Positions 15,095-27,865 of a stretch of DNA of 64,000 nt are shown piece after piece (position 1 is the first letter of the stretch; each line of letters starts with the position of its first letter). The DNA is taken from the NCBI GenBank assembly GCA_964016885.1, contig OZ024749.1, positions 35,588,001-35,652,000 of the forward strand, written 5' to 3'. This DNA is from Eledone cirrhosa (taxonomy: Eukaryota). The position numbers and the translations under genes were made by a program. Below the pieces are notes generated by a model. It had not been told where the DNA came from and did not search any database. It worked only from the letters and a program-made list of their open reading frames with translations.

Positions 15095-15600
15095 CTGTAT
15101 ATACAACAAACCCTGTATTCCTCTATTCTATCATTCCTTCATTCCCTTTCTCACCACATACACAACCACCGCTGTATCCCTCTATTATCACATTCCTTCA
15201 TTCCCTTTCTAACCATCCACACAACCACCACTATTCCTCTATTCTGACATTCCTTCATTCCCTTTCTCACTACCTACACAATCACTATTATTCCTCTATT
15301 CTAACATTCCTTTATTCCCTGTTCTCACCATCTACACAACCACCACTGTATTTCTCTATTCCATTATTCGTTTGCTCTCTCATTCCTTCTCTGCAACAGA
15401 GAATGCCATCTACATACATAACCAATAATGTATTCTTTTATTCTGGCATTCCTTTGCTCATTCATTCCTTCTCTCCCTGTCTCACTAGATACATACATAT
15501 TCTTTTACTCTTTCATTCCTTCTCTGCAACAGAGAACACCATCTACATACCTAACCACTACTGTATTCCTCTATTCTGACATTCCTTTGCTCTTTCATTC
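15095..15600. repeat. Degenerate ~60-bp pyrimidine-rich minisatellite
   Basis: Recurrent attcctctattct..cattccttcattccctttctcacc. Confidence 0.75.
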
Positions 15601-16046
15601 CGTCTCCACTTTTCTCTCATTCTTCTAACTGTCTCATTCTTTTGTTCTTTTATTCTTCTGTACACTGATTCTCTTAAACCCTTATTCTGCTTTTCTCTCA
15701 TTCATCTATTCTCTCAGTCATCAATTATCCATTCTTTCTTGTCCTTCTCCTCTCTTATTCTTTTATTCTCTAATTTTCTATATAGTGAAGTGTTGTAGCC
15801 TAGTGGTTTGGGTGCTGGAATTATAATCCTAAAGTTCAATTCATGAACTGTGTGGTGCATTGTGTTCTTGAGCAAGATGCTTCATTTCCTGTCACTTTTC
15901 ATGATAGAACTGAAGATCCCTACCATTAAAACACTAAAAAGAAAAAAACCCTCATGAGATGCAACCTTGCAGGAGGCCGCCTACACCTGTATAGATTTGA
16001 GCTGTAAATATTATATTCTTTATTTCATATGCATATGTGTGTTTGT

Positions 16047-16465
16047 GAAGATACATGGCATAGTGGTTAAACTGTTCAGCTCACAATTGTAAGGCTGTGA
16101 GTTCAATTCCTGACACCACATTGTGTCCTTGAACAAGACACATTATTTCTAATTGCTCCAGGCTATGTACCTAGAAAATATGTTGTACTTGTAATATGTG
16201 TTTCCCGCCGAGGTTGACTTTGCCTTTCATCCTTACGGGGTCGATAAAATAAAGTACCAGTAATGAACTGGGTTATTGCTGGCCTTGTGCCTAAAGTAGA
16301 AACAAATATGTGTTGTACTTGTAATTATCACACAGTCAAGCTGAATCTTTCTGAGAACTATATTAAGGGTGAACATGTCTATGGAATACTCAACCAGTTG
16401 CACAATAAATTCATGAGCAAGCTGTTTCATTGATCAGACAACTGACACACATGTTGTCGGTACAT
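16047..16465 (+). mobile_element. Older tRNA-derived SINE with a nested SINE B fragment (16203-16307)
   Basis: tggcatagtggtt...gagttcaattcc...tgtgtccttgaacaagacac. Relatives near 11060, 15786, 18130(-), 21760(-) and 52920. Confidence 0.7.
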
Positions 16466-16980
16466 GTGTGCATATGTATATATATAGGTGTCGTGGAAAG
16501 GACATCCATTGGTTTCGACGGTGTTCATTTTTTCATTATTCCAGTTGTTCATTCAATGGGTCAGGCTTCTCGTGAAAATAACATGTAAGTGGCTGAGTAG
16601 TCCAAACAGTTTCTATCGACCAAATTTCACTCACAAACCCTGGGTAGACCCCAGGCTACGGCAAATAACACTTGTCTAAGATCAAACCCAAAACCTAGTG
16701 ATTACAGAGCAAACTCCTTCACCATTTAGCCATAATGCAACCATATGTATTTGCATGCATGTACATCTGTGCATATATATATATATATGTATATACAAAC
16801 GTGATGTTATTTACTCATGGTATGGTGTGTGTGTGGCGTTGAATTTGTTAGTGTGTGAGTGTATATATGAGGCTATGTTTCTATCAGTCTGTGAGTATAT
16901 GTGTGTGGTACTATGTGCCTGTCTGCCTATCCTTGTGTGTTGTTTGTTTGTGTGAGTTTATATGCCTGTCTATCTATCTG

Positions 16981-17050
<70 letters not shown>

Positions 17051-17164
17051 ATTTATATATATATATATATACGTGTGTGTGTATGCCTATCTTAGTACAT
17101 TATTTTGGTAAATGTTTAACCACATCTAAAGTATAAGAAGAAGCATCTGCAAATGAGAGGTGTC

Positions 17165-17242
<78 letters not shown>

Positions 17243-18939
17243 TGTCTATTTTCCAGTGTATAAGGTTTCCATTTATTGATTTCTAAAGATTTTTCATATT
17301 AACAACATTTCATGTGATGTTTCCCCATCTACTGGTCTATTTTTCAATTTCTGAAACATTACTTCTGTTAGACTTGAGGGACTTCTCTAACAAATTCATT
17401 TTCAGAATATTTCATGATATGTCATATGTTCCAATTATTTAATCAATGGAACAATCAGCCTGCTTGTCAAATTAACTTACATATGACTGAGCATTTGAAA
17501 GTCATGTGTGCCCTTAATTCATGTACTGATTTAGCAGAAAATATCTAAAAACATGTTTGTTAATTCAAATGTTTATATTAGAATACAGCTCAAACTATGC
17601 ATGTTCCATTGTTGTTGTTTCAATTTTGTTCCATATTACATGCAGTTTTCCATTTGTTCTTCACCTCATCATCGTTTCTTCTATTGTATTTCAGACATGT
17701 TGAGAGCTTCTTTTGTCAGTGATTCAGTAATAAAGTCCTGAGAAAATAAAAGAGTTTTCGAGACTCATTTAATACAAAAGATACTATATAGATACTGTAT
17801 AGAGGAATACAGCTCAAACAATGTATGCAACATGGAACGAAATTGAAACAACAGCAATGGAACATGTATATTTTTAGCTGTACTCCTCTATATAGTATCT
17901 TTACTGCTGGACAGATATTCAGGAAAATTTACTATAAACTAAAATAAAAACCCCAATTTTTAATGTGATGCAATCATAGTGCTGTTTTATACTTTTCAAG
18001 TATATCTTGCCAATGCAGATTCGGGCAGCATAATATGTTAGGAATTAATATAGCTCTCAGGAAGATTCAGCATGACACATTCTGTGACAATGCTTCCTCC
18101 TCTGTATTACAGATATCGTCAGTCTTGTATATAGTGCAAGTGGCTGAGCATTCTGAAGATACATGTACTTCTGACATAGTTCTCAGGAAGATTCAACATA
18201 ATATAGTGTGACAAAGCTGGTCCCTTGAATTACAGGCACAGCATATATTTTCCAGCTTAGTGGACTGAAGCCATGTAAAATAAAATCTCTTGCTCAAGGA
18301 CCCAATGCACCACTGGGAATCAAACTCACTCTAACTACTAAGCCACATACCTTCATACTATACAGAGACTCTCATGACATTGCACATATATAAACAGTCT
18401 AAATATCTCTGCTATTCCATATAACAAGGCTGTGACAAATCAAATAAGATATAAAATGGGGTTGTTTGTTTGGTTAGAAATAGCCGCCCGAATCTTACTG
18501 AAATAACACCTTATGGTCTTAAAAAATGAAGGATATATTGGAAAATGTAGTCCTAGATATAGTGTGGTTAGAAACATATCTTCATGGTAGAGATAGTATG
18601 GTGTTTGCATATGTAGATGTAGAGGGAATTTAAAGGATTTACTAAAATTATTTCATTACTAAGATATTAATTTAACATATGGTTCTTATATAAAATTATG
18701 TTATAAAATGTAAATTTGTTTAGGAACCCATTAAATGGTTGGTTGTTTTATAGAACCAGGGCTGATTTTGGGTGGGTTGATTATAAAAAGAGTTAAGGCG
18801 CTCTCATGCCATCTTATGTTTACCACTACCCCCCCCCCATATGGCTCTGACCCTCACACCTCTTAATCTCCATCCTCCCACTCTCACCTCCACTCTTCTC
18901 CTGCTGTTACCTATTTAATCTCCTACCAACGAACACTAT

Positions 18940-19640
18940 TAACATCACCATCACTTTCCACTGCCATCCCCACCAGCACTCTCCCTACCACCACCATCAC
19001 CACCGTCACCATCATCACCACCGCTAATACTATCACCATCACATTCACCATCAATAATACTATCACCCCAACCGCCGCCGCCCCCAACCACAGCCACCAC
19101 CACCATCATCATCACCACTGCTAACACCATCACCATTACAATCACTATCACTAATACTATCACCACCACCATACCTATCGACACACCCACCGCATACGCC
19201 ACCACCACCATTATTAACCATCAATACCACCACAACCACTACCACCATTAACCATCACCACCACCATCAACACTGCCACCATCACCATCACCACCGCCAC
19301 CATCACCGCAACCACCACCACCACCACCACCATTAACCATCAATACCATCACCACCAACACCATCACCACCACTTCCACCACCATTAACCATCAATACCA
19401 CCACCACCACCACCACCACCGCCGCCGCCATTAACCACCACCGCCACCACCATCACCACCACTATTAACCATCAATACCACCACAACCATTACCATCATT
19501 ACCACCATCACCACCACCATCACCATCATCACCACTACCATTAACCACCACCACCACCATCACCACCGCCACCACCATCACCGCCATTAACCATCAATAC
19601 CACCACCACCACCACTACTAACACCATATACCGCCACCAT
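18940..19640. repeat. Degenerate (CCA)n low-complexity tract
   Basis: Direct reading. Confidence 0.9.
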
Positions 19641-19644
19641 AATT

Positions 19645-19890
19645 TCCTATTAATTATTGTCATCAATCTATAGGTTGTTGTACAAAATATAATTTAGAGA
19701 TATATCAGATGAAAGAATGGTATTTAACTAATGTATTGGTACGCGATGGGGCCCACCCACAGACCCGGCGGACAGAATGGAGAAGGCGTTTCCCCAGAGG
19801 ACGGCAAGGGAGACACGCTGGAAAAGCCACTCCAACTCGCGTGGCTCACAGCTGCGGCTGGCCAGCTCAGCGCCTGTTGACCTTAAAGTA
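19645..19890 (-). mobile_element. 3' end of a CRE-like (restriction-like endonuclease) non-LTR retrotransposon
   Basis: Minus frame LASRSCEPRELEWLFQRVSLAVLWGNAFSILSAG resembles the RLE C-terminal motif GDPRxxxFLxQRLSLAVQRGNAxxI. Forms a GC-rich island. Confidence 0.7.
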
Positions 19891-19947
19891 AACAGCGAAC
19901 AACGCACGACTTAACTTTACGAAACCAAAACAATTGTTTACAATATT

Positions 19948-20133
19948 AATTGTTTCTACTTTTGGCACAAGGCCAGCAATTACCCAGTACATTACTGGTA
20001 CTTTATTTTATCGACCCCGTAAGGATGAAAGGCAAAGTCAACCTCGGCGGGATTTGAACTCAGATCGTAAAGAGACAACTATGCTGGAAAGCATGGCGTC
20101 CGACCCTCTACCGATACTGCCAATCCATCGCCC
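19948..20133 (-). mobile_element. tRNA-derived SINE family B, full length, with target-site duplication
   Basis: Minus strand tggcagtatcggtag...gagttcaaatcccgccgaggttgactttgcctttcatccttacggggtcgataaa (Deu/Nin-like core). TSD ttgtttacaatattaat at 19934 and 20137. Confidence 0.9.
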
Positions 20134-20430
20134 TTATTGTTTACAATATTAATGCAAGGGAAGTCACTCTAATTGACTTATTATTAAAGTCATTTTGGCA
20201 TTTAGAGTTATTTCCCCTGAACTATTTCATTTATTTATTTATTGATTATTTTGCTTAGTCATCCTAATACCGCAGCGGATTCTCGATATTTTTTTATAGT
20301 TGATATTTTTTTTAACAAACCTTTTTTTATTTCAATTTAAACAATATAATCGTGCTACATGATAATATATAATGGCACATGAAGCAATATAATGATACAC
20401 GGAGCTATATAGCAATAAATGGTGTCATAT

Positions 20431-20808
20431 AATTGTTTCTACCTTTGGCACAAGGACAGCAATGACAGTACATTACTGGTACTTTATTTTATCGACCCCG
20501 TAAGGATGAAAGGCAAAGGTAACCACGGCGGGATTTGAACTCAGATCGTAAAGGGACGTAACTCTTTGCGTCAAAGCATGGCATCCGACCCTCTACTGAT
20601 ACTGCCAATCCGTGGTATATAATTGTTTCTACTTTTGGCAGAAGGCCAGCAATGTTAGTACATTACTGGTACTTTATTTTATCGACCCCGAAAGGATGAA
20701 AGGCAAAGTTAACCTCGGCGGGATTTGAACTCAGAATGGCAAGGGCCGTAACTCTATGCGTCAAAGCATGGCGTCCGACCCTCTACCGATACTGCCAATT
20801 CACCGCCC
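20431..20808 (-). mobile_element. Two tandem SINE B copies
   Basis: Same sequence as 19948-20133, repeated from 20431 and 20621. Confidence 0.9.
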
Positions 20809-20819
20809 AATGACAGCTG

Positions 20820-21720
20820 GTGCTATATAGAGATAGATGATACTACATAGTGCCATATGGTGACACATGTTAACACATGCATCTATATGATGCTGTATAA
20901 TGTTACATAGTGTTATATGGCAACCTATGCTATATAATAATACATGATGCCATGTACTTGTAGCTATTTAATGACAGCTGGTGCTTATATAGTGATAGAT
21001 GATGCTATATGGTGTCATGCGGTGACACACGTTACCATATGTGAGGCTGTATAGTTCTACATGATGAGACAAGGTACCACATGAGGCTGTGTAGGTCTGT
21101 ACAATGCTACATAGTGTCATATAGTAACACATGTTACCACATGATATTGTGTGGTGTTGTATAGTGCTACATGCTGTCATATGGGGATACATGTTACCAC
21201 ACGGGGATGTGTGGTGCTGTATAGTGCTACATGGTGACACATGATACCACATATAGTGCTACAAGGTGTCATATGGTGACACATTCTACCACATGAAAGG
21301 CAGTATTGTAAAATACTATATAGTGTCATGTAGTGACACATGATACCACATGGATTTAGGTGATGCTGCTGTATTGTACTACATGGTGATATTTTACCAC
21401 ATGTGTCTAGGTGATGCTATATAGTGCTACATGGTGTCCTATAGTGACATGTTACCACATCTTAGGCAGTGCTGTACAGTACTATTTAGTGGGATATGGT
21501 AACACACATTACCCTGTAGCAGGAGTTGCACAATTCTGTTATAACCCTATGAGGCTGTGTGAGGAATACTGTGCTACATGATGACACATGGTGCTACATG
21601 AGACTATATGATGCTGTAAAGTGCTACATGGTGACATATGAGGCTGTGCAGTACCACATGAAGCTATGTGATGCTGTATAGTGCTACATGATATCATACG
21701 GTGGCACATGTTACCACACG
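20820..21720. repeat. Degenerate ~60-bp minisatellite (atgttaccacatg...tatagtgctacatggtg)
   Basis: atgttaccac recurs at 21131 and 21191 and elsewhere. Confidence 0.75.
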
Positions 21721-22114
21721 TGTGTGTGTGTGTGTATGTATGGTTCTCCATCAGTTCTAAGGATGACTGTTCTAGTTGTTCAAACAAGTAAACAATCTAT
21801 TAAGGAAATTTACATGCAAGTAGTTGAACATTCCATAAACACATGACTCCAAATAGGTAGTTCTCAGGGAGATTCAGTTTAACACAAAGTGTGACAAAGC
21901 TGTTCCTTTGAATTACAGGTACAACTCATTTTTTCTAACTGAGTAAAGTAGAATAAAGTATCTGGCTCAAGGACACAATACACTAACAGAGAAATTGAAC
22001 TCACATCATAAAAATTCAGAGCTGAACATCGTAACCACTAACCCAGATTTGTAAAACTATTCAAAGATACTGATATATATATACATATATATATATACAC
22101 ATATATATATATAT

Positions 22115-22711
22115 AAAACCAAGACTGAATACTAACCAATACTATTACTAATTCTCACTTATTCCTAATTAAACTATTTTTCACTGTGAACAATTTGTCA
22201 GCATTTTCTTTTCCGTTTACTAATATATCATAACTTGTGTGTTACACCTCTATTCTTTTAAATATATATATATATATATATATAGTTAAAAGAATAGAGG
22301 TGTAACACACAAGTTATTATATATTGGTAAACGGAATAGAAAATGCTGACAAATTGTTCACAGTTGAAAAATGGTTTAATTAGGAATAAAAGAGTATTAG
22401 TGATTGTATGGGTTAGTATTCAGTTGTGGTTTTAAGTTTTTAAGTTTTTACCGGTTGCACATTTCTAAATGCTTTTCAAAAATAATTTTGAGATAGAGTG
22501 TCCGTGCTGTTTGCTCTGATCAGAACAAACAGCACGGACACTCTATCTCAAAATTATTTTTGAAAAGCATTTAGAAATGCGCAACCGGTAAAAACTTAAA
22601 AACTTAAAACCACAACTGAATACTAACCCATACAATCACTAATACTCTTTTATTCCTAATTAAACCATTTTTCAACTGTGAACAATTTGTCAGCATTTTC
22701 TATTCCGTTTA

Positions 22712-22720
<9 letters not shown>
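22115..22720. mobile_element. Three alternately oriented copies of an AT-rich (TA)n-associated element
   Basis: 22115-22262 mirrors 22283-22430 across (TA)n. A second symmetry axis is tctgatcaga at 22515-22524. Another fold-back copy lies at 30452-30630. Confidence 0.8.
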
Positions 22721-22756
<36 letters not shown>

Positions 22757-22809
22757 AACCTACATAGAGCACTCTTTTTTCCTGGACTTTTCCGACGGAA
22801 TTACTTCAT

Positions 22810-22987
<178 letters not shown>

Positions 22988-23393
22988 GATAATTATTTTA
23001 GCTTAAATACGGCCAATAAGTTAAGAAGTCCTTACAAAGACCATCCCTGCTGGGGTTGAAACAATGCCAAAAAGATCCGATAAACAACAAAATCATCACC
23101 ATTAACAACACTAACATCATCATTATCATTGCCATAACCAATAATCACCATCAATGTTTCACAATACCATTACCATCATTATCGCCACCGTTATCAAAAC
23201 AAACCACTTCCACCAGCTTCATCAGTAACAATATAATGTATCTATATGTATATTGGTGGTGATGGGGATGTGGTGATGGTGATAATGGTGGTGATGATGT
23301 GATATGACCTAATACTTGGAACAGATCCTAGATAACATATTGAATAATAGAGCTAGTGGGCAAATGATACAAATACGCGCGCACACACACACA

Positions 23394-23460
<67 letters not shown>

Positions 23461-23630
23461 CTGCGGTAGCTAATGGTCAACTTCCCCCTGGATCTGCGCC
23501 TGCGCAGACCAGTGGGGGTGAATTGGTACTCACAGGGGAACGGATGAAGAACCCAAAAGCACATACTTCGTCCGTTCCCATGTCGATTCAATTTGGATTG
23601 CCTCGGAAACATAACCTTATTATGTAACAA

Positions 23631-23704
23631 GCTGTCTGACGATGTCGCGAGACTGGCGCACAGAACAGTGTGGCCACTTCCACCATTGAAATATATATCA
23701 CAGC
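23631..23704 (+). ncRNA. Type I hammerhead ribozyme within a hairpin-rich 300-bp element (23460-23760)
   Basis: gctgt CTGACGA(23636) ...tggcgcac-agaaca-gtgtggcca... GAAA(23688) tatata TC acagc. The base of stem II is degenerate. Confidence 0.7.
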
Positions 23705-23798
23705 ATTATTATTAAAGGACTTGAACATCTGAAACTACTTCGCTTTTCCTTATTCTATATATAATTATATTTATATATACACCCACACAATATATGTA

Positions 23799-23840
<42 letters not shown>

Positions 23841-24426
23841 TAGATAGATATGGATTCGTGAATCTTTGCAGTGAAGAAAACTCTACAGAGAAAATACTTT
23901 ACACATGTCACTAATATTGAAGTAAGCTGTGGGGTTTGTAATGGTTCTATGATTGCCAAACACCTTCTGGATATGAAACTCTGAGTTACAACATATTATC
24001 ACTAACTGATTTGTGAAATACAAACCCATTTTAATGAAATACAAACAGTTAATGAAGAATTTTGAGGGGTTTACTAACACTTTTAATTATTTAATTACTA
24101 AGATAGTAACTTAATATATGGTGCTTACATAAAATTATGTTGGAAGATTTTGATTTAAGTAGAATATCTTTAAAATGGATAATTTTGTTTCATAGAACCA
24201 AAGGTGGATTTGTCTGGTTGATATATATAATGCATTCTACTCTATGTATTGATTACTTTATTTTGTTTTGTGTTAGCATCTGTAATCCATTATAAACACA
24301 CACACATATACACACACACGCACATACATATATATATGTATATACGTGTGTGTGTAGTGTTAAGGGTTTCTGTAGAAAGGAAGAAAGAAATAAAGTGCTC
24401 CATTATCAACAGAGCTGAAATAATAT

Positions 24427-24483
<57 letters not shown>

Positions 24484-24640
24484 CATATAAATAGTATGTA
24501 TACGCATACACACACACACAGGCACACACACATTTGTGTGAATTAAAAAATGTAATCTTGTTATTGGCGACCTTGTGTTGCACAAGTCATTCAGCAGATG
24601 GAAGCATATTTATTTATCAAAATTATAAAAACGAAAATCA

Positions 24641-25099
24641 TTAACCCTTTTATTACCATTTTTCTAACAAATGATGCTGACTATGATTTTAAAAACATGT
24701 TGAAAATAATCAAGAATTTGAAGGATTTAGTCATATAATTTTCTCATTATTGAGCTGGTGTTTGTAATGTAACTAACCCATTAGCATTTAAACCAGCCGT
24801 ATCCGGCCAGAATTTTCTCACCTCTTTCTGTTCAAACTGGCTATAACTGGCCACTCGTACTGACATTAAGGTATTGTTCTCAAAATAAATAACATCAAAA
24901 TCTTGTAGATTCGATATTATGTGAGATAATTATGTGAGATAAAGCTTTTACCACAAAAATACAATAGTATATATAATGTAAATGCTAAAGAGTTAAGAAA
25001 GATTCTTACATGAAATTATGATGGAAAGTTTTTAAAAGAAACAGTTTTATATTGTAAAACCAAAAGTGATTTCAGATGGTTTAGTATCAAAAGAGTTAA
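24641..25099. mobile_element. piggyBac-like MITE containing a nested second MITE (24775-24995)
   Basis: Outer ends ttaaccctttt...aaaagagttaa. Inner ends taacccattagcattta...taaatgctaaagagttaa. Confidence 0.65.
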
Positions 25100-25954
25100 T
25101 ATATTCAGACATGATTTACAAGTAAAACAACATTATAACTATTATTATTACTATTCGGTGGTTTGGCAGAATTGGTAGAGCATCAGAGATCATGCTTTGC
25201 AGCATAGTTATGGTCCTTTGTATTCTGAGTTCAAATACGGCGAGGTTAACTTTGCCTTTCATCCTTACGAGGTCGATAAAATAAAGTACCAGTGATGCAC
25301 TGGGGTAATCGCTGGCCTTGTGCCAAAAGTAGAAACACTATTATTATTATTATTATTATCATCATCATCAACAAGAAACAATTATCAGAACTTTTGTCTT
25401 CCCACTGGGGTATCAGTGAAGTGTTGTCACTCAATAAGTTTTTATGAGCAAATCGTTTAGTAATCCTATAGAATTGTATATTTATTGGTAAGAGCTACAT
25501 AAATACTGACAAATTAAATTTGTCTAGAAAGAACTTAACACTTTTTTATGACTGTATTTCTCATGAAATACATTTTATTTCAATTAGGTGATAAAGAATT
25601 TTGAGGGGTTTACTAAAACTATTATTTATTTCATTACTAAGATGATAACTTAACATATGGTTCTTATACATGATTATGCTGGAAGATTTTAATTTAATCA
25701 GGAATCCTTTAAAATGAATGGTTTTGTTTAATAGAACCAGAGCTTGTTTCAACTGGGTTGGTATCATGAGAGTTAAGTATTAAAATTTCTATGCAGTGAA
25801 AGAAGCAGCAGCAAAGCAATTTCCTTTGTGAAATCTGAGGGGGGGGGGGGGGGGTAGCCTTGTTGGGCTGATAAAGCGATACATGAAACCATAGTTTCTT
25901 TTTGAAGTAATGTTTTATCGTCAAATGACTTTCCTAGCCCCAACCCTATTACTA

Positions 25955-26245
25955 GCCTCCCATAACACACAGGGATACAGTGTACTTATTCTAAACCTCT
26001 CATAACGTACAGGGATATTGTGTACCTACTATAATCCTTTGTGACACATATGTACCTACTTTAGACCCCTCATAACATACAGGGATACTGTGTACCAACT
26101 GTAAATTTTTTGTGAAATATAGGGATACAATGTGCCTATTTTAAACCTATCACTACATACAAGGATACAGTGTACCTATTCTAAACATCTCATAACATAT
26201 AGAGATACTGTACTTATTATAAACCTCTCACAACATACAGGGTTT
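25955..26245. repeat. ~40-bp minisatellite (cataacatacagggatactgtgtacctattctaaacctct)
   Basis: About 7 degenerate units. Confidence 0.8.
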
Positions 26246-26283
26246 TAAGTTCATTTGTTACCCACAAATTTCATTGGTAGTCA

Positions 26284-26519
26284 TTAACCCTTTTGATACC
26301 AACTGGCCTGAAATTGACCCTGGTTCGATGATACAACACTGTTTCAGAAAGTTCATATTTATATTAAAACTTTCTATCACAATTTAACGTAAGAAGCTTT
26401 AAGCAATGCTCCAAATACCAACTTAAAATGAATGAATTTAGTTGTTTTATTTAATCCATCCAAATTGTTTATTATTTTCAAAATTAATTTTGTTAGAAAT
26501 ATGGTAACAAAAGGGTTAA
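26284..26519. mobile_element. piggyBac-like MITE
   Basis: TTAA-cccttttgatacca ... tggtaacaaaaggg-TTAA. Relatives end near 18796, 24220 and 25776. Confidence 0.8.
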
Positions 26520-27559
26520 ATTAATTGATAATTGATTTTCTCCTTCTTAGAATAATTGAAACTTTTATAAAATTGTGGAGCTGAGAATTTTGTTAGAATA
26601 GTGGATTTTGGAGAGGATTATAGTGATGATGATGATGATGATGGAAAAGATGGTGGTAGTGGAGATGGTGATGATGAAGATAGTACTGAAGTAGCTGTGC
26701 TATGATGACAGCTTAAAATACTCACAGAGAGACTATGTTTGTTATACAGAAACATATTGTATATGTTCTCATAATATGCCTTTATTCTGAATCACACTGT
26801 GTTAGTGAAATGAAATGAAATTTATGTCTCACACCTATGCAGATTTAGCTGGCCTCCTACAGAGTTGTATCTCATAGGTTTATTGTATGTTTTAATGAGA
26901 GGAGCCCCAGTCTTATTATGTTGTTGTTACAGCTCACACCTATGTAGGTTTAGCTGGCCTCATTTAAGGTTGCATCTCGTAGGATGTTTCCTGAAAAGCA
27001 AGGGAAATAATCTGTCATGCTCAAGAACATAACATGCCAATGGTCCTGGAATCAAACCAATAATCTTATGAACATGAGTCCAACACCCCAACCTCTAAGC
27101 CATGTATATTGCTGTGTTAATACTACCATTAATAAACATATGTTATGCATACATACACAAACACACAACAAACACATACACATACACACACACACCTGTA
27201 TACTCCTACTGATGTCAGCAGTTTTTGACAGGATTTAAATACTGAGATGGTAATTTACTCCAACATAATGTCACTCACTATATTTAATGAAACTGGGAAT
27301 TCAATCAAGTTAAAAGTTTCACATTAAAATCATTCGATCTATTGAAATATTGATTTATTGAAATATTGATCTATTGATCTAACATGTCAGATTTTGTTGT
27401 AGTTTTTGTTGTTGTTATTGCTTCTGTTTGTTCTAGAAGTAATTTCTTTTAATTATGTTTAAGATATTTTACAAAGTAACACATGTTGTACAGTTGTGGC
27501 TTTATATGCAACATGTTCTAAAGCTGTGGTTTAATCCAACATGTACAGGCAAGGTTTAC

Positions 27560-27865
27560 TTCTGCTGTTGTTGTTATTGCTGTTGTTATTCTTGTTGTAG
27601 TTGCTATTGATGTCACTGTTGTTATTGCTGCTGTTGTTTTTGTTGTTGCTGTTGTTGTGGTTGCTGTTGTTATAGCTCTTCTTGTTGTGGTTGTTGTTAT
27701 TGCTGCTATTATTGCTGTTGTGGTTGTTTCTGATGTTGTTGTTGTGGATGTTGTTGCTGATTTGGTTGTTGTTGTTGTTATTGCTGTTGTTATTATTGCT
27801 GTTGTGGTTGTTGTTGATATTATTGCAGTTGTTATTGATGCTCTTGATGTTGCTGTTGTTGTTAT
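27560..27865. repeat. Degenerate (GTT)n tract
   Basis: Direct reading. Source of the poly-N/V/L ORFs. Confidence 0.9.

Noticed and set aside
19735-19910. CpG-island-like promoter
   Set aside because: Better explained as CRE-like retrotransposon coding sequence on the minus strand.
22515-22524. ctgat at the palindrome axis as a truncated hammerhead core
   Set aside because: No matching GAAA-stem III-UH in the element's apparent sense orientation.
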